Position numbers and translations under genes: made by a program. This document shows positions 35,347-43,079 of a stretch of DNA of 64,000 nt, piece after piece. This DNA is from an uncultured Actinomycetes bacterium (GTDB lineage Bacteria; Actinomycetota; Acidimicrobiia; Acidimicrobiales; SZUA-35). The notes beneath the pieces are model-generated. The model was given only the letters and a program-made list of their open reading frames with translations. It made no database searches and was not told the DNA's origin. Every line of letters begins with the position of its first letter. Position 1 is the first letter of the stretch. The DNA lies in NCBI GenBank assembly GCA_902826025.1, contig CADEDH010000010.1, forward strand, positions 55,146-119,145. Reading direction: 5' to 3'.

Positions 35347-36087
35347 TCAGGCGATTGACGATCGTTCGAGCCTTGGCGGACCGGTCTCGACAATGCCTCT
35401 GCTCATGGCCAGCGCCACGGCCATCGTCCGATTCGAGCAGTTGAACTTGAGCATGATGTTGGCAACGTGTCGTTTCACCCCGTGAGTAGAGATTTTCAGC
35501 TCTCGAGCGATCTCTTTGTTGCTCATCCCAACGGCCATCAGATCGAGGACCGTTAACTCCCGAGCGGTAAGTAGGGGCAGAGGCATGTCGCCTTCGAGTC
35601 GCCCTTCGAACATGTGCGACGCCAGCTCTGAGTCGAAAACGACCTGCCCGCGAGAGAGCGATTCCAACGCCCACTTCAGCCGGTCGACAGAGAGTTTCCC
35701 TTCCGCCAGAAGTCCATTGGCCCGTCGCTGCAGGGTAGCGCACATGTGGCTGGAGGGAAGGGTGGAGATCAGCACCAGGAGGGCAACCCGGTCGCGGGCC
35801 AGAAGGAAGTCACCCAGCCCCGGAATGTCCGCGTTGGCGATCAGAACGTCGGGCTGGAACTGTGTCCAGCACCGCACCACGTCCTCGAGGCAGGACGCGG
35901 TGGCAGTGACACACCCGGCGAACCCGGGATCTCGCATCATGTCGGCGAGGCCGCGTCTCACGACTTCGCGACCATCGACGATCAAGATTCGCCGTCCGCC
36001 ATCGAGGTCTGTTCCGACATCCAACATCGATGCTTCGATCTCGGATGCCCCAGTAGATCTGTGGGTGACCATGCTCTGTTCGTTCAT
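35347..36087 (-). CDS. LuxR/NarL-family regulator with an atypical receiver domain
   Basis: C-terminal HTH: LTARELTVLDLMAVGMSNKEIARELKISTHGVKRHVANIMLKF. The receiver region RILIVDGREV...PDVLIANADIPG has Asn where the phospho-acceptor Asp is expected (by-eye alignment). Confidence 0.8.
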   Translation of the reverse strand: MNEQSMVTHRSTGASEIEASMLDVGTDLDGGRRILIVDGREVVRRGLADMMRDPGFAGCVTATASCLEDVVRCWTQFQPDVLIANADIPGLGDFLLARDRVALLVLISTLPSSHMCATLQRRANGLLAEGKLSVDRLKWALESLSRGQVVFDSELASHMFEGRLEGDMPLPLLTARELTVLDLMAVGMSNKEIARELKISTHGVKRHVANIMLKFNCSNRTMAVALAMSRGIVETGPPRLERSSIA

Positions 36088-36294
36088 GCGTGGAGTCCTC
36101 ACCGGCGGGTGCCGTACGCGGCATCTGGCACTCGTCCGGGATCTGGACCAATGGCCGCATGCTCACTCCCCTGACCGAACCCGACCACGGTCCCAGTGCG
36201 GTCCCACCGGGTGGCGAGCGGCCGTGGGACCCGGGGTGTCTCTGATTGCCAAATGCGATCGGTAACTGAAATCGATCTCCAATCAAGGGACAAA

Positions 36295-36495
36295 TCAGAT
36301 GATCGCCAGACTCGCCCACTCCATAGTGTCGCTCTCGTTGGTAGCTCTTACCCTCGGCTCTCCGCACGTGCAGCAGATGTACGGGTTGTACTGGAAGTAG
36401 ACGGGGGGTGCTGCAGACTGCCCCGTCGATCTCGGTACTGATGTACCGCCGACAGGAGTCGCCAGTTGACGCTGGTAGCATGCAGTACAGCTCAT
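36295..36495 (-). CDS. Possible small Cys-rich protein (66 aa) in the divergent regulator intergenic region
   Basis: MSCTACYQRQ...PPVYFQYNPYICCTCGEPRV...; a purine-rich GGAGAAGAGGG sits just upstream of the ATG at 36495. No family recognised. Overlaps the earliest possible start of the opposite-strand gene. Confidence 0.2.
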   Translation of the reverse strand: MSCTACYQRQLATPVGGTSVPRSTGQSAAPPVYFQYNPYICCTCGEPRVRATNESDTMEWASLAII

Positions 36496-39201
36496 GCCCT
36501 CTTCTCCGGAAATTCTCGTCGGTTCGACTGCGACCGGTCTCGGCTTCTGGTGAATCCAAGACCAGCCGCCGTCCTCCAGCGAGCAGAGCTGGTTCAGCGG
36601 ATTCGGTATCATCGGGGGCGGGTGATCGTGGTGGCGGGCTCCGGCTCGGGCAAGTCACAGCTGGCCTCCCAGATCACCGGTTCCTTCCCCGCTCGGCAGG
36701 TCATCGATGACGCGACGACAGCAGACCTAGCTGCCCTGACCACTGATGGAGTGGTGCTGTCTCGGACCCGCATCGATCACCTCGACTCCGATCGCAGCGC
36801 CCTGCGACTGGGCGCCGATGACCTTTGGTTCTCCGTCGACGAGATCGGTCAACTGCTCGACGGGCAGACCGGCGACAGCCTCGCCGACCCGGCGGTAGCG
36901 GCGGCGCTCCACGCCCAGACAGGCGGTTGGCCGCTCGCGGTGGCCGCCGTCGTCCAACTCCTCGGACTTCAGCCCGCGGCCCGACGTCAGATCGACCGGA
37001 TCGCCACCCAGGGGCCCCACTTCCGCCCGGTGTTCGAACACGTACTTCGAGGTGTTCCGACCGACTTCGTGGACAAGCTCAGCGAGTTGGCCAACCTGCC
37101 CATCATCCTGCCTGAGTTCCTGAACGAGGAGGACGGCGGCGATGGGTGGTCGTTGCTGGGGCAGTACGGCGTCCCGCTCCGAACCAACATCCAGGGTTTC
37201 CACGTGCTGCCGGCGGCGATCCGCCTCCATCTCGCCGCTCGACGACCATTGTCCGAGGAGCGGGCCGTCACGTGCGGTCGCGCTCTGGTCCAGCACATGG
37301 GTCTGGCGACTGCCATCGGCATGCTCATGGATGCCCAGGCGCCGCACAGCGCGGAGGTCATCGTGGCCGACACCCCGGAGACGGGTCGCTACGGGCCTGG
37401 ACAGCTCGATCTACTGCACCGGCTCGAGCAGTTGGTGTACCAGGTGGGCGAACCCAGATGCGAGACCCTCCTCACGATCGCAGCTCTGAATCTGCGCCTG
37501 GCGCGCTTCAGCCAGCTGAAGGCGAACGTCGAGCACTGCGTCGACCGGGCCACCGTCGACGACGAGCCGCTCGTGGCGCTCCGGGCCCGGATCATCGGTC
37601 AGCTGGCTTTGGCCCGTTCCTCCTCGGCGGCGATCAGTGATCAGGACCTGCAGGAGTTGGTCGACGAACAGCAGCGCATCGGTGACCGTCGTTCGGAGCT
37701 CGAGATCAACGAGCTGAGCTTCGTCACCATGGCCGGCCGCAGCGACACCGCATCTCTCGTCGCCGCCATCGCCCTGGGTAACGAGACAGCAGACCGCCTG
37801 GCGGCTAGCGGTGACACCTACGGGGCAGCCGAGCTGCTTCGTCAGGTAGCCGTCGGGCCCGTCCTCGACCTGGGCCGCTACAACGAGTTGCTGGAGCTGG
37901 AGCGACGAGCTGGCGAGATGGCCGGGGAGACGATGCCCAGCGAGCGATCGCTGGTCTTCCGCGCCCTGGCCACGGCGCTGGTCGGAAACCTGCCTGACCA
38001 CGAGCAAGCCGTGGCCACGGTCACCGCCGTCTATGAACCCCTCTCGACCAGCTGGCTCGAGGCGTATCTCTGGGGAGCCCGAATGGTTGCCGTCTCCATC
38101 GCCGGCGACGCCGACGGGGTGATCTATGCCTACAGCCGGTATCGCCAGTCGATCGGCCAGCTCGCCACTACCCCGTCGGGAACGATCTGGGAGTGCTTCG
38201 CCGCTGCCGCCCTCGCCCTGGTAGGCCAGGCTGAGGCGGCGGAGACGGCACTGGCCCGGGCACGGACGATCGGTTCTCACAATCACCCGGCGCTGGGTAT
38301 GGCCGAGTTGGTGGTTTTGGCCCGGGTCGGGGACCCGGCCACGGCCTTCGAGCTCTACGCCGAGCTGACCGACGCTGGTCTCCTGCCGCTGGAACGGCGT
38401 TGGCGTGCCGACCTGGAGCTCGTCTTCGCAGCCCGACGAATGGGTATCGAGGCCGCGCCGTTGGAGTCGATCTTCCACTCGGCGGCCCGCGTCGGGATGG
38501 CGGGCCTGGCCCGGATCCTGGCCCGACCGCTGGATGACAGTGCCGATCTCATCGTCATCCACCTGTTCGGGGAGTTCGCCGTCACCGCGTTGACACGACC
38601 AATTGCCTTCTCGCTGGGCAAGCCCACCGATCTGATCAAGATGCTTGCCCTCCACGAGGGTCCGGTCCACATCGAGAAGCTCATCGACGCCCTCTGGCCG
38701 GACGGCGACCTGGAGTCGGGCCGGCTCCGGGTCAAGAATGTGATCAACCGCGCTCGCCAGGTACTCGGTAAGGACGCCATTATCCGACGAGGCGAGCTGG
38801 TCATGTTCAGCAGCCGGATGACAACTGACTTGAGCCGCTTCTGGCAGAGCGTTGCCGTGGCCAATGCCGCGCCGAAGTGTTCGCGTGAGTTTGTGGCGTC
38901 CGCTGCCCAGTCACTCGACGCGTCACGGCTGGGGCTGCTTCCCAGTGAGCTCTTCGCCGAATGGTGCATCGAGGAGCGCTGGAAGGTCGACGCAACGATC
39001 GCCCGGCTGCTCGACGGCCTGTCCCGGTGTCCGCCAGCCGAGATCGATCTCGATTGGCTCATCGGGCAGGCGATCGAGGCCCGTCTCACCGACAGATCCT
39101 TTTTCGGGCGCATTGCCGACGGGGCCCGAGACTGTGGCCAACTGGGGCCAGCCGATAGGGCAGCCCGAGAAGCCCATCGCCTGACCGAGTTGGTGGCTTA
39201 G
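36466..39201 (+). CDS. Large regulator: N-terminal MalT-like P-loop NTPase, helical repeat region, and a C-terminal SARP-type OmpR winged helix plus BTAD
   Basis: Walker A: RVIVVAGSGSGKSQLA, preceded by NPRPAAVLQRAELV (MalT-like). C-terminus: IHLFGEFAV...LIKMLALHEGPVHIEKLIDALWPDGDLESGRLRVKNVINRARQVLG...LSRFWQ...EWCIEERWKV (SARP DNA-binding domain and BTAD). The start is either TTG at 36466 (ACAGGAG RBS) or GTG near 36548. Confidence 0.8.
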   Translation: MTLVACSTAHALFSGNSRRFDCDRSRLLVNPRPAAVLQRAELVQRIRYHRGRVIVVAGSGSGKSQLASQITGSFPARQVIDDATTADLAALTTDGVVLSRTRIDHLDSDRSALRLGADDLWFSVDEIGQLLDGQTGDSLADPAVAAALHAQTGGWPLAVAAVVQLLGLQPAARRQIDRIATQGPHFRPVFEHVLRGVPTDFVDKLSELANLPIILPEFLNEEDGGDGWSLLGQYGVPLRTNIQGFHVLPAAIRLHLAARRPLSEERAVTCGRALVQHMGLATAIGMLMDAQAPHSAEVIVADTPETGRYGPGQLDLLHRLEQLVYQVGEPRCETLLTIAALNLRLARFSQLKANVEHCVDRATVDDEPLVALRARIIGQLALARSSSAAISDQDLQELVDEQQRIGDRRSELEINELSFVTMAGRSDTASLVAAIALGNETADRLAASGDTYGAAELLRQVAVGPVLDLGRYNELLELERRAGEMAGETMPSERSLVFRALATALVGNLPDHEQAVATVTAVYEPLSTSWLEAYLWGARMVAVSIAGDADGVIYAYSRYRQSIGQLATTPSGTIWECFAAAALALVGQAEAAETALARARTIGSHNHPALGMAELVVLARVGDPATAFELYAELTDAGLLPLERRWRADLELVFAARRMGIEAAPLESIFHSAARVGMAGLARILARPLDDSADLIVIHLFGEFAVTALTRPIAFSLGKPTDLIKMLALHEGPVHIEKLIDALWPDGDLESGRLRVKNVINRARQVLGKDAIIRRGELVMFSSRMTTDLSRFWQSVAVANAAPKCSREFVASAAQSLDASRLGLLPSELFAEWCIEERWKVDATIARLLDGLSRCPPAEIDLDWLIGQAIEARLTDRSFFGRIADGARDCGQLGPADRAAREAHRLTELVA

Positions 39202-39214
39202 CTCAGCTCCCGGC

Positions 39215-39676
39215 TCACGCCGGATGGGCCGCCATCTGTTCGACGTACTCGGTGAGTTGCCCCAGCACCTGAGGCCAGCCGGCGAGGTTTGCCTGATAGC
39301 GGGCCTCGATCTCATCGGCGGGAGCCACGACCTTCGAGAAGTCGCCCTCGGACACCTTCACGGCTGTAGCGCCGCCCTCTTCCTGCAGCCGGAACCGGAT
39401 CACCGTTGAGTTGTCGGGGGTGGCCATCGTGCCGGCGGCGCCGATGACCGCCCAGCGGAACGCGACGGCCGACAATGGCTCCAGCTCTTCGATGACAGCG
39501 GGGATGTCGCCGTGAGACCCGTGGTCGAACACCACGGAGCCGCCTAGACGAAGATCGATCCTCGTCGGCTCGCCGTTGCCAAACCATTGGCCGAGGTGAT
39601 CACCTTCGGTGAGCGCCGACCAGACCAGGGCACCCGGGGCCTTTACCACCGTTTCAAGCTCGATTGTATTTTTCAT
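39215..39676 (-). CDS. SRPBCC / AHSA1 (activator of Hsp90 ATPase homolog 1-like) family protein
   Basis: MKNTIELETVVKAPGALVWSALTEGDHLGQWFG. AAGGAG lies 8 nt upstream of the ATG. Confidence 0.75.
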   Translation of the reverse strand: MKNTIELETVVKAPGALVWSALTEGDHLGQWFGNGEPTRIDLRLGGSVVFDHGSHGDIPAVIEELEPLSAVAFRWAVIGAAGTMATPDNSTVIRFRLQEEGGATAVKVSEGDFSKVVAPADEIEARYQANLAGWPQVLGQLTEYVEQMAAHPA

Positions 39677-39747
39677 AATTATCGCTCCTTGTTTCGATAT
39701 TATTTGGCTCCTCTTGAGCCACTCTACAATGCGAAATCGTTCAGCGC

Positions 39748-40431
39748 CTATCTGAGGAGATTAAGAAGAGAATCAGACCAGGACGGGTCGTATCCATCCA
39801 GTACCGGAAACCCCGCGCCGCCCTGCGGCCCGTATCCGAGCGGGAGTGCCGGCATGCCGGTCCATCGGTAGCTCACTCCCGGATTGTGTTGCCCGTAGCC
39901 CGAGCCGGTGAAGAGGTGGGGACTGCCCTGGACGCTGGCGGTCGATGCCAGCTTCCAGTCCTGGTAGACAGCCGTCCGGCCGACGCCAACGGCGATGGCG
40001 GCGCCGAGCGCTTTCTCGTCGACCTGATCGCAGCCCGCCGCCACCTCCAGGATTACCGCCGGCAGGCTGATGCATCGATGGTCGACGTAAAAGGCCCGTC
40101 TCAGTGCGGCATCGAGCTGCTCGCTACCGCCGAGGCCACCGATCCCGGGTGACTTGGTCGCTTGTACCGCTTCGAGGGCCGGCAGCATTGTCACTGGATA
40201 GGTCTCGGCCGGTGCCGACCAGGGGCGCCAGCCGAGATCCGGTCGGCTGCCGGCGATCACCACCACCTCAGCGTCGATGATCAGCTTGGGTGTTGGGCAG
40301 GCGTTGAGCAGCTCCAACGGATACGCACGGTGATCGATGGCGAGATCGAACCCCCGCTGGCTGGCGGCGGCCCGGAGCTGAACCAGGCACAGGGTGGCCC
40401 AGGGGCAGCCGATGTCGGACCAGAATGTCAC
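39748..40431 (-). CDS. DsbA-family (FrnE/HCCA-isomerase-like) thioredoxin-fold protein
   Basis: VTFWSDIGCPWATLC is typical of the family N-terminus (M.i.iwsD..CPWC), and GSPHLF lies near the C-terminus. Start chosen at the GTG at 40431; the rest of track ORF 39748..40779 overlaps the upstream gene. Confidence 0.7.
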   Translation of the reverse strand: MTFWSDIGCPWATLCLVQLRAAASQRGFDLAIDHRAYPLELLNACPTPKLIIDAEVVVIAGSRPDLGWRPWSAPAETYPVTMLPALEAVQATKSPGIGGLGGSEQLDAALRRAFYVDHRCISLPAVILEVAAGCDQVDEKALGAAIAVGVGRTAVYQDWKLASTASVQGSPHLFTGSGYGQHNPGVSYRWTGMPALPLGYGPQGGAGFPVLDGYDPSWSDSLLNLLR

Positions 40432-40493
40432 TATTCCTGGCTCCGAGCTGAACAAGGCAGGCTCGTCGGCTTTCACCGCTTCTTGAGTAGGGT

Positions 40494-41948
40494 TCAAGCT
40501 ATTTCCAGTCGTTCTGAGCGAGCTTGGGTGGTAGTTGACCGGTTGCCGTCGGGATTGGTCTGACTTGAGGTCCAAATCCCTTTCGATCGCATCAGAAACT
40601 CGCCGATATAGCCATCGTGAGGCATTCCTGGCCGGCTCCAATGTGTCGGCTGATCGCCGATATAGAGGCTTCTTATCGTCGGATGATCGGCCAACTCGTC
40701 GAGTAGGGACTCGTCGGTGCTCAGGGCCGTGACCGCCAGGCTGTTGGCCAGTGGCGCCACACCCATCGACCGGTCCCACGGGGCGACCCAGGCGCAGGGA
40801 AACGGCAGCTCCACACCGAGGGTTCGGCTCGAGCAGTCGGGCAGAAGATGTACGGCGGGCCTCAGGACTGCGCTGCCATCACCCAGGCTGGCGACCACAC
40901 CGTCTCCGCCCAGCACCGGCTCGGCGCCCTCGGCGACCTTGCGTAGGTACTTCTCGATCGCCCGGGCTCGATGTTCAGGATGCACCGGTAGCACTGCGTC
41001 GTCGTGGTCGGGAGGCAGGCTCGGCATCGACCGGAGACGATCGGCGAGCGCCTCGGCCAGCGGACGGGGATCGCCTTCGACCAGGATGCCGCTGGCGTTG
41101 ACGCACCCGACCCCGGCACCACCGGCGACGGACTCGACGATCACGTCAAGATGCTGGCGCCAGTCGACGTCGGCGGAGACGATGATCTTCGACCGGCCGG
41201 GGCCCTGAGTGAACACCCGGTCGTCGTCGGCGTAGCGGGCCACGACCTCGTCGCCCCCGAACACCGAGGCCAGATCGGATCCTCGAAGCAGGGCATCGGC
41301 CCCGCCGTGATCGCAGGGCAGTAGCACGACATGGTCGTCGCCGAACCCGGCCGAACGCAGTGCCATCACCAGTCGTTGGGGCGTGAAGGGTTCCTGCCGT
41401 GACGGTCGCACCGCCACCCGATAGCCCAGTGCCAGCGCCTCCAGCCAACCAGCGTGGATTCCGGGGTAGTTTCCCGATGACCCGACACCGAACACCGAAC
41501 CTCTCCGAACCCAGAGCCCGGAACCGTTTGCGGTTCGGGTGTCTCGCCGATCCGATACTGCGCCGGCTGGCCGGGCGAGCTTCACGATCGAGCGCATCTC
41601 CGACATGTGCCTGGCCACCTCGTCTGCCCCGAAACGCACCACCGACACCGGGACACCGGTCGACCGGCACACCGTACGGTGGTACTCGTCCCGACTCAGC
41701 CCCGCCACCGTGTCGCTGGCGAACAGCCGGCCGGCCCGTTCGAGAGCAGCCAGCCTGTCCCCGGCGGGCAGGGGCGACGCTCGTCCCAAGGCGGCCAGCG
41801 CATGCTCGATGAAGACCGGCGGCACGAGGCTCAGTTCCGCCAGGGTGTCGTCCCTGACGTCGACGACCGGGACCCTCACTTGCATGCGTCGGGGTCCGAA
41901 TGGCCCAAGGCTGTCGATTATCGGCGGATCCCCGATGATGAGGCTCAT
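40494..41948 (-). CDS. Aldehyde-dehydrogenase-superfamily protein, LuxC/acylating-reductase-like (Cys nucleophile kept, general-base Glu apparently absent)
   Basis: TQGPGRSKIIVSADVD aligns by eye with ELGGKSPxIVxxDAD, placing Gln at the Glu position. GGAGVGCVNASGILVEG aligns with the catalytic-Cys motif. The start overlaps the upstream stop (TGATG). Confidence 0.65.
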   Translation of the reverse strand: MSLIIGDPPIIDSLGPFGPRRMQVRVPVVDVRDDTLAELSLVPPVFIEHALAALGRASPLPAGDRLAALERAGRLFASDTVAGLSRDEYHRTVCRSTGVPVSVVRFGADEVARHMSEMRSIVKLARPAGAVSDRRDTRTANGSGLWVRRGSVFGVGSSGNYPGIHAGWLEALALGYRVAVRPSRQEPFTPQRLVMALRSAGFGDDHVVLLPCDHGGADALLRGSDLASVFGGDEVVARYADDDRVFTQGPGRSKIIVSADVDWRQHLDVIVESVAGGAGVGCVNASGILVEGDPRPLAEALADRLRSMPSLPPDHDDAVLPVHPEHRARAIEKYLRKVAEGAEPVLGGDGVVASLGDGSAVLRPAVHLLPDCSSRTLGVELPFPCAWVAPWDRSMGVAPLANSLAVTALSTDESLLDELADHPTIRSLYIGDQPTHWSRPGMPHDGYIGEFLMRSKGIWTSSQTNPDGNRSTTTQARSERLEIA

Positions 41949-43042
41949 CAGTACACACCCTCAATGACTTCTTGACCCTCGAACTCCTCCACCGGTGCCA
42001 CGTCGGCAATCGAATCGCCCATGTGACCGACCGGTGACTCGATCCGCGTAGCCATGTCGCGCTCGAGGTTGTTCGGGAGCAGGAACCACTTGCTGACGTG
42101 GTTGACGATCACCTGCCCCCGCTGGCCGTGGTCGACGCGCTGGCCGGTGCCAGGATCAACGACCGCGAAGCTGACGAACGGGGCGAAGCTGTCGAAGATG
42201 CAGGGATCCCCCGGCTGGAGGCCCGGCCGCTCGACCCCGCCAGCCCCCAACGCCATGGTGTTCGCATACCCTCCGGACAGTCTCACCTTCGGGAAGACAT
42301 CGTTCGCCAGGACGGAGCGGCTGTCGGGGTCCATGTGGGCACCACCCCACTGGATGGACTCGACCTGGCCCTCCATCGCCGCCATGAACTTCGGCCGTTG
42401 CGCCATCCGCTCCAGCATTGGAGGCGTCGTCATGATGACGCCGACGTCCTGTACACCCAAGAACGTCTCGGCCTGGGTGAACAGGTGCTCGGTGTAGGCA
42501 GCCACGTCCTCGTAACGTCGCTCGGAGACCAGCTTCTTCACCCAGCGGGGATCGAGATCGATGGGGAACCACAACCCGCCCCGACGTGCCGCCACGCCTC
42601 GCCAGAGGTCGCCCACCATATGGGGGCCGCCCGGGACGAGGGCGAGCCAGTTCCGCCCGTACGGGACGTCGCAGGCGTCGAGCACCGCCGTCAACCAATC
42701 GGTGAGGAGGTCATACCACTCCTGGAGGACCACCACCCGCTTGGGGGGCCCGGTCGTGCCGCCACTTTCGAACACGCCGACGATCTTCGAGTCTCGGCAG
42801 CCCTTGGGGATCAGATCCCGGAGCTGGACCGTCCGGAGGTCGTTGGCGACGTTCGGGAACCGGAGCAGGTCCTCGAACGAGGTGACGTCGGTTCGAGGGT
42901 CGAAGTCGAGCAGGCGGGCCCGGCTCAGCCAGAACGGGGAACCGGTCTCGGGTGAGAAGTGCCAGTCCATGGCGGCTCGGAGGAAGTCCGGGTCGTGAAC
43001 CGGGTTCACCAGCGGGTCATGGGACGTTGCAGTGGTGGGCAT
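41948..43042 (-). CDS. Short ANL-superfamily adenylate-forming enzyme (PaaK / coenzyme-F390-synthetase / LuxE-like)
   Basis: VFESGGTTGPPKRVV (P-loop-like AMP motif) and WGGAHMD. 364 aa. AGGAGA RBS upstream of the ATG at 43042. Confidence 0.7.
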   Translation of the reverse strand: MPTTATSHDPLVNPVHDPDFLRAAMDWHFSPETGSPFWLSRARLLDFDPRTDVTSFEDLLRFPNVANDLRTVQLRDLIPKGCRDSKIVGVFESGGTTGPPKRVVVLQEWYDLLTDWLTAVLDACDVPYGRNWLALVPGGPHMVGDLWRGVAARRGGLWFPIDLDPRWVKKLVSERRYEDVAAYTEHLFTQAETFLGVQDVGVIMTTPPMLERMAQRPKFMAAMEGQVESIQWGGAHMDPDSRSVLANDVFPKVRLSGGYANTMALGAGGVERPGLQPGDPCIFDSFAPFVSFAVVDPGTGQRVDHGQRGQVIVNHVSKWFLLPNNLERDMATRIESPVGHMGDSIADVAPVEEFEGQEVIEGVY

Positions 43043-43079
43043 CGTAGTTCTCCTGTCGTAGGTTCGGATTGGTGATGCT

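Noticed and set aside
36265-36285. ATCGATCT octamer shared between the regulator intergenic region (near 36272) and the palindrome at 50492-50505.
   Set aside because: An 8-mer is expected to recur by chance about once or twice in 64 kb on two strands, so this is not evidence of a shared operator.
36196-36441. 81-aa plus-strand ORF in the LuxR/SARP divergent region.
   Set aside because: No RBS, mixed codon bias and a low-complexity Arg/Ser-rich sequence. It is likely non-coding promoter DNA.
39677-39747. A/T-rich intergenic stretch with a plus-strand TACAAT and TTGAGC.
   Set aside because: The spacing between the two hexamers is only 5 nt, and there is no plus-strand gene downstream. Only the AAGGAG RBS of the minus-strand AHSA1-like gene is convincing.
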